Assembly (NCBI GenBank): GCA_009392915.1 | Contig: CP045477.1 | Coordinates: 32,001-96,000 of the forward strand | Length of the DNA: 64,000 bases | Source of the DNA: Candidatus Forterrea multitransposorum CG_2015-17_Forterrea_25_41 | GTDB lineage: Archaea; Iainarchaeota; Iainarchaeia; Iainarchaeales; CSSED10-239 | Direction: 5' to 3' | Part shown: in pieces, positions 18,783 through 29,056 of the stretch | How the letters are laid out: every line of letters begins with the position of its first letter | Numbering within the stretch: the stretch's first letter is position 1 | Made by a program: the position numbers and the translations under genes | Notes under the pieces: model-generated | Database searches by the model: none | The model's input: the letters and a program-made list of their open reading frames with translations, nothing else | What the model was told of the DNA's origin: nothing

Positions 18783-20288
18783 ATGAAACTAGAATTAAAA
18801 ATAAAAATATTAGATATTTATGCAAATTATCCAATAGTTATTATGCATCCAAGATCATCATTAAGTTTAGGTGCACAAAATTTAGATAGATTAGAAGTTA
18901 AAAATGAAAAAATTGATACAGCTTTTGTTTTAGACACTTCAAATTCTTATGTTACAGAAAATGAATTAGGTATTTTTAAAGATACAGCAAAAGATCTAAG
19001 TTTAAACAACGGAGATAAAGTAGTTGTAAAATTACAAACACCTCCTCTTGCAACTAAATATATAATGGATAAAATAAAAAATAAAACTTTAGAAAAAGAA
19101 GAAATTGATGAAATTGTAAAATCTATAGAAAACAATTCTTTATCAGAAGTTGAATTATCTGCTTTTGTAACTGGAGTTTTCATAAATGGTCTTAATTTAG
19201 AAGAAACTAAATTTTTATGTAATTCTTTAGTTGATATTGGAGATAGAATTGATTTTGGAGAAAACATTATTTTAGATAAACATTCTATTGGTGGAATTAA
19301 TGGTAGAGTTTCAATGATATTAACTCCAATTATTGCATCTTTAGGTTATAAAATTCCAAAAACAGCGTCTAGATCAATAACTTCTGCAGCAGGTACTGCT
19401 GATGCCATGGAAGTTTTAGCTCCTGTAAGCTTTGATGTTGAAGAAATTAAAGAAATTATAAATAAAGCAGGTGGAGTTGTTGCATGGGAAGGTAAATTTG
19501 ATCTTTGTCCTGTAGATAATAAATTAATTGATATTGAACATGCTTTAGGAATTAATCCAGAAGGAATAATGATTGCATCTATTCTTTCAAAGAAAAAAAG
19601 TATAGGTTCAACTCATCTTGTAATTGATATTCCTGTTGGAAGAGATGTTAAAGTTAAAAATAAAGAAGATGGAGAACGTCTTGCAAAGAAATTTATAACT
19701 ATTAGTGAATCTTTAGGTATTAAATCTAAGGTTGTTTTAACTGATGGTGATAAACCTTGTGGGGATTTCTTTGGTCCAGCTCTTGAAGCTAAAAATGTTT
19801 TAGAACTTTTAGAAGGTAAATATCAAGACTCTGTTTTAGAGAAAGCATGTCTTCTTGCAGGTGAACTTTTAGAGCTTGTTGGAAAATCAAAAAATGGAGA
19901 AGGTTATCTTCTTGCAAAAGAAATTGTAACTTCTGGAAAAGCTTTAGATAAATTTATTGAAATTATTAAAATTCAAGGTGGAAGTATTTTAAGATCAGAA
20001 GATGTTCCAAAAGCTAAGTTTATACAAAAGATTTATTCTTCACAAGCAGGGGATGTAAATAATTTTGATGTTTCAAAAATAACTCATTTAGCAAAACTTT
20101 TAGGTGCTCCAAAAGATATTGAAGCAGGTGTTGTTTTATTCTGTCAAGTAGGAGATTCTGTACAAGTAAATGATGCTATATTAGAGTTCCATGCAAATAC
20201 AGAAGAAAAAATATCAAGAGCTATTGAGTATTTAAAAGATAATAATCCTGTTATCTTTGATAAAATGGTTTTAGAAGAGTTTGAATAA
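18783..20288 (+). CDS. deoA: AMP phosphorylase / thymidine phosphorylase family II (archaeal DeoA-like)
   Basis: 501 aa with an N-terminal extension. KHSIGGINGRVS (compare KHSTGGVGD). The length matches archaeal AMP phosphorylase. Confidence 0.7.
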   Translation: MKLELKIKILDIYANYPIVIMHPRSSLSLGAQNLDRLEVKNEKIDTAFVLDTSNSYVTENELGIFKDTAKDLSLNNGDKVVVKLQTPPLATKYIMDKIKNKTLEKEEIDEIVKSIENNSLSEVELSAFVTGVFINGLNLEETKFLCNSLVDIGDRIDFGENIILDKHSIGGINGRVSMILTPIIASLGYKIPKTASRSITSAAGTADAMEVLAPVSFDVEEIKEIINKAGGVVAWEGKFDLCPVDNKLIDIEHALGINPEGIMIASILSKKKSIGSTHLVIDIPVGRDVKVKNKEDGERLAKKFITISESLGIKSKVVLTDGDKPCGDFFGPALEAKNVLELLEGKYQDSVLEKACLLAGELLELVGKSKNGEGYLLAKEIVTSGKALDKFIEIIKIQGGSILRSEDVPKAKFIQKIYSSQAGDVNNFDVSKITHLAKLLGAPKDIEAGVVLFCQVGDSVQVNDAILEFHANTEEKISRAIEYLKDNNPVIFDKMVLEEFE

Positions 20289-20304
20289 AACTCTTTTTCT
20301 TTTT

Positions 20305-21102
20305 TTATTTTTTAATTAAATTATATATTTTTTCAAATTCCTTTACAGATATTTGTTTTACTTTTTTAGTCTGTAATTTTTCTGGAATAAGTTTTATTTT
20401 ATCTAAAGAAATTATTTCTTTATTTTCAGAATTAGAATGTTTAAAGCTATTAACTATATCTTTATTTGGATATCTAAAAATATTTTTAATAAACTGATTA
20501 TAATTATCATCTACTTTTGTGTTCTTTTTTGGAATTATTGAAACTATTGAAGAATCAACTTTTGGTTTTGGAAAAAAAGATGCTTTTCTAATGTTTCTAA
20601 TATTTTTTATATCACTATGTGATTGTAAAAGTACACTGATTGAAACATAATTTGCAAAACCTTCATATGCAACTAATTTTTCTGCAAATTCTTTTTGTAC
20701 AACTAGACATGCTGGTTTAGTTGCTATTATCTTATCAATTATTTTTAAAGATATTGAATAAGGAATAAATCCAACAATTTTATCAAATTTAAGTTTAGAT
20801 AGATCTACTTCTAAAAAATCAGAATGGATTATTTCTAGATTTTTATCTGGATATTCTTTTTTTAAGATTTCAACCATTATTGGATCTTTTTCAATAGCAA
20901 TTACTTTTTTAAAAACTTTTAAAAGTTCTTTTGTTACAAATCCAAGTCCAGGCCCAATTTCTAGAACTGTTTCTTCTTTATTAGGTTTAATTGTTTCAAT
21001 TACTTTAGAAATAGAGTTTTTATCTATTATAAAATTTTGATCTAATTTATGGTTAGGTTTAAATCCATGAATAAGCATTAATCTATATATTTCTTTTTGC
21101 AT
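20305..21102 (-). CDS. rsmA: 16S/18S rRNA (adenine-N6,N6)-dimethyltransferase KsgA/Dim1
   Basis: QNFIIDKN...LEIGPGLGFVTKELL SAM-binding motifs. Conserved position downstream of DUF655 and RpoF. Confidence 0.8.
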   Translation of the reverse strand: MQKEIYRLMLIHGFKPNHKLDQNFIIDKNSISKVIETIKPNKEETVLEIGPGLGFVTKELLKVFKKVIAIEKDPIMVEILKKEYPDKNLEIIHSDFLEVDLSKLKFDKIVGFIPYSISLKIIDKIIATKPACLVVQKEFAEKLVAYEGFANYVSISVLLQSHSDIKNIRNIRKASFFPKPKVDSSIVSIIPKKNTKVDDNYNQFIKNIFRYPNKDIVNSFKHSNSENKEIISLDKIKLIPEKLQTKKVKQISVKEFEKIYNLIKK

Positions 21103-21116
21103 AATAATTAATTTTT

Positions 21117-21638
21117 TTATTTTTTAATAAGATATGGCATTGTAAATAAATTATATTTAATTTCTTCGCCACCGATGATTTCATCAATAACCCTATTTAC
21201 AACAACCTTTACAGGATCTGGCATCATTTCTATTTCTCTAATGTCATCAAAAGAAGTGAATTTACCTTTTTTCTTAATATGTTCAATGATTGCCATTCTA
21301 TGTTTTACACCTATCATTGGTAAAAGATCAAGTTGATGTCTTCTAAGACCAATTGGTTTTGCATTATTGAAAAAATTTACAAATTTATCTGAGTGTTCAG
21401 TTACAATTGTTTCAATTGCTTTGTCAAGTTCTTTTTTTCCAACATTTGATAATCTATTATAATTTATTCTTCTTACAATTAAATTTTCTGTGGAAATTTT
21501 TTCTTGAATCTTATGATTTTCTGAAGTAACAATTTCAAGTAAAGAAAAGTTAGAGCTACCAATACAGTGAATAACATCTGTTTGTTTAAATTTAATATCT
21601 TTCTTTAGTCTATCTAAAACTATTGCTTCTTTCATCAT
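21117..21638 (-). CDS. DUF655-family HhH RNA/DNA-binding protein
   Basis: RRHQLDLLPMIGVKHRMAIIEHIKKKGKFTSFDDI matches DUF655. It is part of the conserved archaeal L21e-RpoF-DUF655-KsgA cluster. Confidence 0.65.
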   Translation of the reverse strand: MMKEAIVLDRLKKDIKFKQTDVIHCIGSSNFSLLEIVTSENHKIQEKISTENLIVRRINYNRLSNVGKKELDKAIETIVTEHSDKFVNFFNNAKPIGLRRHQLDLLPMIGVKHRMAIIEHIKKKGKFTSFDDIREIEMMPDPVKVVVNRVIDEIIGGEEIKYNLFTMPYLIKK

Positions 21639-21647
21639 AAAATTTAA

Positions 21648-21971
21648 TCACTCTTTTTTGTATTTCTTTAAAATTTCTATGATTTTTTCTTTTTTATCAT
21701 CATCAATATCTTTTTCTTTTTCTAATATTAAGTTTAATTCTGTAACATTAGGCAAGATATCAGTTATTTTTGTTGCAAGTTCATCAGATAATTCTATTTC
21801 AATTAAAGCTGATTTTAACTTTTCTGCTGTTGCAGGAGTTAAACTTGCAAATAACTTTGCATGCTCGTGTGCATGTTTTTGTTCGAAATTTAATTCTTTT
21901 TCTTTTGCTTTTTCAGTTAATACTTTCTTAACTTCATTTAATGTTACGTCTTCAACATATTTATAATTCAT
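21648..21971 (-). CDS. rpoF: DNA-directed RNA polymerase subunit F (Rpo4/RpoF, Rpb4 homologue)
   Basis: 107 aa with ...HAKLFASLTPATAEKLKSALIEI.LSDELATKITDILPN. It lies between L21e and DUF655. Confidence 0.65.
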   Translation of the reverse strand: MNYKYVEDVTLNEVKKVLTEKAKEKELNFEQKHAHEHAKLFASLTPATAEKLKSALIEIELSDELATKITDILPNVTELNLILEKEKDIDDDKKEKIIEILKKYKKE

Positions 21972-22288
21972 TTTTTCACCTTTTTAACTTTAGGTATTTG
22001 TTTTATAGGTTTTAAATGAACTCTTTCAGTTATAACTTTCTTTTTTAAATTTCCATCATAAATTTCCATAACTGGGGCTTTTCCTTGGAAAGAAACTAAT
22101 TTACCTGTTTTTCCTTGCATTCTTTTATGAGGAAGTCCTTGATGTTTAGAACTGTTAATGTTTATTTGGTATGTTCCACCAATTTCAACTGGTTTTAGTA
22201 CTTCATTAACTGTTGTTTTTGCTCTAACATTTCTTTTCATTAAACTTCTTGTTTTTGCTCTTTTTCCGTGTGCTTTTTTTCCTGACAT
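21968..22288 (-). CDS. rpl21e: Ribosomal protein L21e
   Basis: MSGKKAHGKRAKTRSLMKRNVRAK...GKTGKL is typical of L21e. Confidence 0.85.
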   Translation of the reverse strand: MSGKKAHGKRAKTRSLMKRNVRAKTTVNEVLKPVEIGGTYQININSSKHQGLPHKRMQGKTGKLVSFQGKAPVMEIYDGNLKKKVITERVHLKPIKQIPKVKKVKK

Positions 22289-22527
22289 ATTTAATTACCT
22301 TTTTTTATATTTTTTAAGACTTTGAAAAATTAAGTCACTAGACTAATAAATATCAAAATCTATTAATTATTCAATATATATTAATAGAATAGATATGTTT
22401 TAAAAGAGATTCTTAGGGGAAGAGGGTTTTGAAAATTCATTTTATTTATATTCCTTTAAATACCCCTTTATAAATATTTTGCTTTATAATATATCTAAAG
22501 TGCATATATAAAAATAGGTGATTTCTT

Positions 22528-23136
22528 ATGTCTTATAAAATACAAAATTTAGTTGCATCTTCTAATCTTGAAACTACATTAGATCTTTATAATCTTGCAG
22601 CTGCAATACCTGATGTTGAATACGAACCAGAACAATTTCCAGGAGCTATATTTAAACTTAAAGAACCAAAAGTAACTTTACTTTTATTTAAGAATGGAAA
22701 ATTAATAATCTCTGGAGCTTCAAATGAAGATGATATTGTTGCAGGAATTAAAAAAGCAACAAAGTTAATTAATGAAATTCAAAAAGAAGTTAAAATTAAA
22801 AAATCAGTAAATTATACCATTGTTAATTTAGTTGCAACTTCAAATCTTAATAAACCAGTTGATTTATTCCAAGCTGCAGTAACTTTAGATGATATTGAAT
22901 ATGAACCAGAACAATTTCCTGGTGCAATAATTAGAATTCATAATCCAAAAATTACAATTCTTTTATTTAAGAATGGTAAAATGATTTGTGCTGGTGCAAA
23001 ATCAGAAGCAGATATTAAGAAAAGTATTACTGTTGTAAAGAAATTATTAAAAGACAACAATTCTGAAGGTGAAGAAAAGTTATCTTTTAAACCAGAAAAG
23101 AAAGCAATTGCAAAGAAATCAGTTAAAAAGAAATGA
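22528..23136 (+). CDS. tbp: TATA-box binding protein
   Basis: Two direct repeats, each with NLVASSNL...EYEPEQFPGAI...LLFKNGK...GA. Confidence 0.9.
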   Translation: MSYKIQNLVASSNLETTLDLYNLAAAIPDVEYEPEQFPGAIFKLKEPKVTLLLFKNGKLIISGASNEDDIVAGIKKATKLINEIQKEVKIKKSVNYTIVNLVATSNLNKPVDLFQAAVTLDDIEYEPEQFPGAIIRIHNPKITILLFKNGKMICAGAKSEADIKKSITVVKKLLKDNNSEGEEKLSFKPEKKAIAKKSVKKK

Positions 23137-23211
23137 TTTCTTTTTTTCTTATTTTTTAATAAAATATTTAAAAAGAATCTATTTATAAACTTTGTGGTTC
23201 TTATTATTTAT

Positions 23212-23327
23212 GTTAGCGGCCATAGGGATGGAGAAACACCTGGACCCTTTCCGAACCCAGAAGTTAAGTCTATTGCCGTTTTAGTTCGCTGTTAGTTCAT
23301 GCTAGTAGCGTCTTTAAAGCTGCTAAC
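23212..23327 (+). rRNA. rrf: 5S rRNA (stand-alone)
   Basis: The terminal helix gttagcggc...gctgctaac pairs. The archaeal 5S core is present: ccgaacccagaagttaag. The element is GC-enriched relative to its flanks. Confidence 0.75.
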
Positions 23328-23537
23328 ATTTAATATTTTCTATTTTATAAAAAAGAATTATTAAAAGCTATTTTTTTTAAAAATAATTTTTCTACAAGCA
23401 AAACTTATTTTTTTATAAATAATTTAGTTCTTGTTTAGATAAACTTAAATTAAATCTATTTTTTAAAATTAAATATCTTTTAATATATTTCCCTACACAT
23501 TTATTTATTATAATTATTTATTTAAGGGGAAAAATAT

Positions 23538-25490
23538 ATGATAGATACAAAAACAGAATCAAATGCATTTAATACTTTTTTTACAAAACATAAAAAAATT
23601 ATATTTATATTACTTATTTTTTTAATGGCTTTTGCTGTTAGGGGACATCTTTTAAAATATGACAATATGTTTGAATTTGATACATATTGGCACTTAAGAA
23701 TGACAGGTTATGTTCTTCAAGGAGATTTACCTGATTATGATCCATTAGGTTTCTATGCAGAAGGAGGAACTCCACTTTCAGATAGACCCTCTTTTGTATG
23801 GTATTTAACTTCATTTTTATATATTTTATTTACTCTCGGAGCTCCCTACAATAAAGCTTTACTTATGGAGTTTGCAAGGTTTTTGCCAGCAATCTTTGGT
23901 GCTTTAATCTCAGTTGCAATGTATTTTTTAGGTAAAGAAATTTATAATCGTAAAGCTGGATTTATAATGGCAATAGTTACAGCTACAATTCCTGCATTTG
24001 TTTATAGAACCATGGCTGGTTTTTATGAAGAAGATGCTTTAGGATTTTTATGGATGATTTTAGGTTTTATTTTCCTTGTTAAAGCAATAAAAAATATGCA
24101 TTCAAGAAAACAAAATATAAGATACTCTTTATTATCTGGTTTGTTTTTTGGACTTATGGCTTTTACTTGGTCTGCATTTATTTTGATACCTTTAATTATA
24201 GTTTCATTTTTAATTGCAAATTTAATATACATGGCTTATAAGAATTATTCAAATAAAGATATTGCTTTATTTTTAAAAACCATTGTAATTTCTTTTGTAA
24301 TTTTTGCAGCTTTAGCTTCAATTGCTCAACCTGGTTGGGTAAAGACTACAGGTAATTATGTAATTGATAATATACCTTTAAATAAAGAAAACATAGATAA
24401 ACTTTCAAATAATGTAACTTCAGAAACTGATGTTGTAAAAGCATCTGTTGGTGAGGAAAATACAGGAAAGCAATTTTTCTTATATAAGTATAGTTTCCTT
24501 TTATGGATTCCGTTTGTTGTACTTTTAATAATGCCACTTAATTTATTATTTTCAAAAAAGAAAGATAATTTAACTTTATTACTTTTCTTTTGGATTTTAA
24601 TAACTTTATTGATGGCTTGGTCAAAATTAAAGTTTACATTTTATTTTGGAATACCGATAGCTGTATCTGCTGGATTTTTAATTTATTTTATAAATGAATG
24701 GATTAATAAAAATTCTACAGTTTTAAGAAAAAGAGTGTTTGCAATATTTATTGGTTTAATATTATTAACATCTATTGCTGCAGGTACACATGAAGTTTAT
24801 TCTAAAGTTCCACATATTGTTGAAAAAACAGATTGGAGGGAATCAATCTTTTGGATTGCAGAAAATACGTCTCCTGATGCAAAAATATTTAACTGGTGGG
24901 ATTATGGTCACTGGATAACTTATTTTTCAGAAAGAAAGGCCAGTACTGATAATACTAATTCCAATATATCAGGTACTAGTGACTTTGGATTATTTATTTT
25001 AAGTCAAGATTTAAATTATACAGCAAATCTTATGAAAAAATATGATGCTGATTATTTTATAGCAGATAATGGTTATTTTAATAGATATGCTTCATTTGGA
25101 TCTTACGGTTTTATTACTACAAATTATCAAGACCCAAGAATTAAAAGTTATGTTTCATTTTCTTTAGATTGTTATCCTGGCTCTGTAGGTGATGGTAAAC
25201 TTGCATACAAATGTGGAGAAAATATATTTACAGAAGAAGAATTTAATTCATTTCCAACAGTCTGGAATGATAAACCAAAAGATGTAATGAATGGAGTTCC
25301 AATCTTTATGTATCGTTTAGAAGATAACTCTAAATTATTTATTTTAAATACATCTTCAAATAATTCTACATTTGCAAAAATATGGTTTAATGAAAATATT
25401 CATTCTCAATTATTTTCTTTAGCTTATGAAAATGGGGCTGTAAGAATCTATGAAGTTAATAAAGAAAAAGTGAACGAGTATGCAGAATAG
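23538..25490 (+). CDS. aglB: Oligosaccharyltransferase AglB (STT3 homologue)
   Basis: 650 aa with a polytopic N-terminus and the WWDYGHWI (WWDYG) catalytic motif. Confidence 0.85.
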   Translation: MIDTKTESNAFNTFFTKHKKIIFILLIFLMAFAVRGHLLKYDNMFEFDTYWHLRMTGYVLQGDLPDYDPLGFYAEGGTPLSDRPSFVWYLTSFLYILFTLGAPYNKALLMEFARFLPAIFGALISVAMYFLGKEIYNRKAGFIMAIVTATIPAFVYRTMAGFYEEDALGFLWMILGFIFLVKAIKNMHSRKQNIRYSLLSGLFFGLMAFTWSAFILIPLIIVSFLIANLIYMAYKNYSNKDIALFLKTIVISFVIFAALASIAQPGWVKTTGNYVIDNIPLNKENIDKLSNNVTSETDVVKASVGEENTGKQFFLYKYSFLLWIPFVVLLIMPLNLLFSKKKDNLTLLLFFWILITLLMAWSKLKFTFYFGIPIAVSAGFLIYFINEWINKNSTVLRKRVFAIFIGLILLTSIAAGTHEVYSKVPHIVEKTDWRESIFWIAENTSPDAKIFNWWDYGHWITYFSERKASTDNTNSNISGTSDFGLFILSQDLNYTANLMKKYDADYFIADNGYFNRYASFGSYGFITTNYQDPRIKSYVSFSLDCYPGSVGDGKLAYKCGENIFTEEEFNSFPTVWNDKPKDVMNGVPIFMYRLEDNSKLFILNTSSNNSTFAKIWFNENIHSQLFSLAYENGAVRIYEVNKEKVNEYAE

Positions 25491-26508
25491 TGTTTTATTC
25501 TTTATATTTTTAGGTTTTTCTTTTTTCTTTTCTTTATTTTTATCTTTATTTTTAGTTCCAATGTTTATTAAAATTATTTCTAAGACTTCATATTTAGGAA
25601 AAGATATGAATAAATACAATAAAAATTTAGTTTGTGAACTTGGAGGAGTTCCAGTTTTTTTAAGTTTTATTTTTTCAATTTTTTTAATAATGTTATTAAA
25701 TTTTGTTTTAATTTCAATTTTTAGTTTTAATTTTTCAGTAATTGATTTCATTCAGTTTAGTTTAATTATTATTGCTTTATTTTCAATCTTTTTTGTAGGA
25801 TTTATTGATGATATTTTAGGTTGGAAAAAAGGAATTAGTCAAATTCAACATTTTATATATCCTTTAGTATTTTCAATTCCTTTAATCATATATGCTTTAA
25901 TTTATGAAATTACAACTCTTTATGTTCCTTTACTAGGTGTTTTTAATGTTGGCTTACTTTATGCATTTATTCTAGTTCCAATTGCATTTACTGCAACTAC
26001 AAATCTTTTAAATTTACTTGCTGGATTTAATGGTCTTGAAGCTGGTATGGGAATTATAGTTTTTTTAACAATTTCAATTTTTTCTATTTTTCAAGGAAAC
26101 ATTACTCTTGTAATTATTTTATTTGCATGGATTGGTGCACTTTTAGGTTTTTTAAAATTTAATAAATTTCCATCTAAAATGTTTCCAGGAGATATTATTA
26201 CTTTAATTAATGGATCTTTAGTTGGAATTTCTGCAATTGTTTTAGGTTTAGAATTATTAATTGCTTTTTTAATTGTTCTTTTTATAATTGAATTTATAAT
26301 TAAAGCAAAACACAAGTTTAAAACAGAATGTTTTGGATTAATTTCAAAATCTGGAATTATAAAACCAAATCCTAAGGGTGGTTCTTTAACTCATGTAGTT
26401 TTAAGCAAAGGAAGGTTTACTGAAAAGAAATTAGTTAATGTTTTTTATATTTTACAAGGAGTAATTTCTGCAATTTCATTAATTCTTTTCTTTATTGTGT
26501 ATATTTGA
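25480..26508 (+). CDS. GT4 / MraY-WecA-family UDP-GlcNAc:dolichyl-phosphate GlcNAc-1-phosphate transferase (AglH-like)
   Basis: Motifs IGFIDDILGW and NLLNLLAGFNGLEAG; polytopic membrane protein. Its start overlaps the aglB stop. Confidence 0.7.
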   Translation: MQNSVLFFIFLGFSFFFSLFLSLFLVPMFIKIISKTSYLGKDMNKYNKNLVCELGGVPVFLSFIFSIFLIMLLNFVLISIFSFNFSVIDFIQFSLIIIALFSIFFVGFIDDILGWKKGISQIQHFIYPLVFSIPLIIYALIYEITTLYVPLLGVFNVGLLYAFILVPIAFTATTNLLNLLAGFNGLEAGMGIIVFLTISIFSIFQGNITLVIILFAWIGALLGFLKFNKFPSKMFPGDIITLINGSLVGISAIVLGLELLIAFLIVLFIIEFIIKAKHKFKTECFGLISKSGIIKPNPKGGSLTHVVLSKGRFTEKKLVNVFYILQGVISAISLILFFIVYI

Positions 26509-26514
26509 TGTATT

Positions 26515-27348
26515 ATGAGGTTAATTTCTTTTAATAAATTTTTAATAATTTCAAGGCCTATTCTTTTCCCACTTATTTTTATTTGTTTATTGGTTGCTTT
26601 TTTTTATACTTTTAAATCTTTTAAATTTTTAAATTTAATTGATTTAATATTTATTTTATTATTAACTTTTTTAGTTCCTTTTTTTACATTTTCAATAAAT
26701 GACCTTGGAGATTATTATTCTGATAAAAAAAATGTTAGGAAAAAAAATATTCTTTTTGGTAAATTTCAAAAAGATTTATTATTTTTTAAAGATTCAATTT
26801 ATTTATACAATTTTTTAATATTTTTAATTTTATTTATTTATTCTTTAATATTTTATAATTTAGAAACAGTAATTATTTTGTTATTACTTTTATTTTTTAT
26901 TTATTTTTATTCTGCAAAACCAATTAGATTTAAAGAAATTTTTATTTTAGATTTTTTATCAAACGGAATAATTACATTGCTTTGTTTTGCTTTAATTTAT
27001 TCTTTTAAATATTCTTTTTTTGATTTACCATTAGGAATTTATTTAATTTCTTTGGCAATTTCTTCCTATCATTTAATTGCTGCTCAATTAGATTATTCTC
27101 CAGATAAACTTGCAAATCAAAAGACAACTATAATATTAATAAATAATAGACATATAATTTATTCATTAACTTTATTACTAAATGTACCTTTATTTTTAAT
27201 TTCTTTTAATTCTATTTTTAGATATTTAGTTTATTTAAATATAATAATAATCTTAACTTTATGGTTTTTTCCAAAGATAAATAAAAAAATAGTTTTTTGT
27301 GTATTTATTATTTTTTGGACTTTTATTTGTATTTTTTATTTTATTTAA
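26515..27348 (+). CDS. UbiA-family prenyltransferase
   Basis: First Asp-rich motif NDLGDYYSD (NDxxDxxxD) and second DYSPD (DxxxD). 277 aa, polytopic. Confidence 0.55.
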   Translation: MRLISFNKFLIISRPILFPLIFICLLVAFFYTFKSFKFLNLIDLIFILLLTFLVPFFTFSINDLGDYYSDKKNVRKKNILFGKFQKDLLFFKDSIYLYNFLIFLILFIYSLIFYNLETVIILLLLLFFIYFYSAKPIRFKEIFILDFLSNGIITLLCFALIYSFKYSFFDLPLGIYLISLAISSYHLIAAQLDYSPDKLANQKTTIILINNRHIIYSLTLLLNVPLFLISFNSIFRYLVYLNIIIILTLWFFPKINKKIVFCVFIIFWTFICIFYFI

Positions 27349-28412
27349 AAATCAAATATTCTTTTTTGAAATTTCAATCCTTTTAAAATTTCTGATTTTT
27401 GCAAAATCCATTTAAGATTTAAATTTTCTTTAATATATTCAATTACTTGATTTAAATCTTCAAAAACAATTTCTTCTTTTTCTAAAGATTCTTTTATTGC
27501 TTCTCTTATAACCCAAACTCCTTTAGAATTATATTTTTCATCAATATCTCTAAGGACAATAACGCTTGCTTTTTTATTTATTTTTTTTAAATATTCTAAA
27601 ACAACTTCTCTTGCTGCATAGTATGCACCAGTTATTTGATTTGCATATTCTTTTTTAGGTGAATTTATTTCATAGTCCTGAGCAATTAAATTTCCATTAA
27701 CATACTCAAACATTTCAAAACTCCAAGAATACGGCATAAATATAACATAAAATGTGTTGTTATAAAAACTATATTTATGCATCTTAAATCTATCAATTGT
27801 TTGATTGTTTTCAACATCTTTAAAAAATTCTTTTCCTAAAATATCATCAATTGATGTTATTGACCATCTAGTAGGTACAAAAATCCTATTTTTTTTAAGA
27901 CCTAAAAGACCAATAGATAATAGTTGTTCAATCTTATATACATCATTTGTTTTATTATAATATTCAACAATTGCATCTTTTGCTTTTATTTGAGTATCTC
28001 CTGTAATTTTATCTACAGTTCTTGAAACTTTAATATTGTCTACTATTTTTATTTTTTCAAGTTCTAAAGCTTTATTATTTATTCCTGTTATTTTTTCATT
28101 AATGTTTATTTTTTTAATATTGTAATTAATTTCAACTTCAGTTTCTTTATCTGATTTTATTAAATTTTGAATTTCAATAATTTCATTTTTATTTTTAACA
28201 GCATCTATTTTAGAATAATTTTTAACTGCAAAAACTTGTTTTTGTCTATTTTTTTCAACTTCAGATATTTCACTTTTGATCCATTTTTCAGGAGTATTTG
28301 AAAAAGCTTCTTTTTTATCATTAAATATTCCTGGACCTATCATTAAGTTAGGATAATTGTTTTCATAAACTATGTTATATGGCTTTGAATAGGCTTGTTT
28401 TTTAATACTCAT
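27345..28412 (-). CDS. Conserved hypothetical protein (355 aa)
   Basis: Long ORF whose stop is adjacent to the UbiA stop; no family recognised. Confidence 0.3.
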   Translation of the reverse strand: MSIKKQAYSKPYNIVYENNYPNLMIGPGIFNDKKEAFSNTPEKWIKSEISEVEKNRQKQVFAVKNYSKIDAVKNKNEIIEIQNLIKSDKETEVEINYNIKKININEKITGINNKALELEKIKIVDNIKVSRTVDKITGDTQIKAKDAIVEYYNKTNDVYKIEQLLSIGLLGLKKNRIFVPTRWSITSIDDILGKEFFKDVENNQTIDRFKMHKYSFYNNTFYVIFMPYSWSFEMFEYVNGNLIAQDYEINSPKKEYANQITGAYYAAREVVLEYLKKINKKASVIVLRDIDEKYNSKGVWVIREAIKESLEKEEIVFEDLNQVIEYIKENLNLKWILQKSEILKGLKFQKRIFDF

Positions 28413-28573
28413 ACTATTTTTCTATTTTCTCTTCTTTTAACTATATATTATTTTAAGATAGGTTTATAAATTATTTTATAGATAATTAATATATTATATT
28501 TATCGTTTCGCCATAGAAACAAAATTATAAAGGATTTTATAAGACCTTTAAAAAAAAGGATAGTGATTAGTGT

Positions 28574-29053
28574 ATGTTTAAATTTTTAAGTTTATTTATT
28601 GATAAAAGCAAATCTCCTAAAATGTCAAGGAGAAATAATATTGCAATTTTTGTAGATGGTCCTAATATTTTAAGAAAAGAATTTAATGTTGATTTATCAA
28701 AAATAAGAAGATATTTACAAAAAGAAGGTGTTTTAAAAGTTGCAAGAGTATATCTTAATCAATATGCAACTGATAAGCTTATGGAAGCAGTTGTTAATTT
28801 AGGTTTTGAAACAATAATTACAGTTGGAGATGTTGATGTTGCAATGGCAGTTGATGCAACAGATATTGTTCACAATAAAGAAATAGATACTATTGTTTTT
28901 GTAACTAGAGATTCAGATTATCTTCCTGCAATTTTAAAAGCTAAAAAGCATGGAAAGAATACAATGGTTTTCTTAGTTGAAGAAGGTTCTGCAACAGCTC
29001 TTAAAAACACAGTTGATAAAGTTGTTTTCATGGACAAATTAAAATATGAATAG
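28574..29053 (+). CDS. NYN/LabA-like domain protein (putative RNase)
   Basis: IAIFVDGPNILRKEF...VDVAMAVDA...VFVTRDSDYLP matches the LabA/NYN fold. The real start is possibly Met17 (about 28622). Confidence 0.6.
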   Translation: MFKFLSLFIDKSKSPKMSRRNNIAIFVDGPNILRKEFNVDLSKIRRYLQKEGVLKVARVYLNQYATDKLMEAVVNLGFETIITVGDVDVAMAVDATDIVHNKEIDTIVFVTRDSDYLPAILKAKKHGKNTMVFLVEEGSATALKNTVDKVVFMDKLKYE

Positions 29054-29056
29054 ATT

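Noticed and set aside
18947-19267. 106-aa minus-strand ORF
   Set aside because: Antisense to the AMP phosphorylase gene. Spurious.
21658-21966. 102-aa plus-strand ORF
   Set aside because: Antisense to rpoF, with Phe/Ser-rich low-complexity translation. Spurious.
25419-25751. 110-aa minus-strand ORF spanning the aglB/aglH junction
   Set aside because: Antisense to two conserved membrane-protein genes, with K-rich low-complexity sequence.
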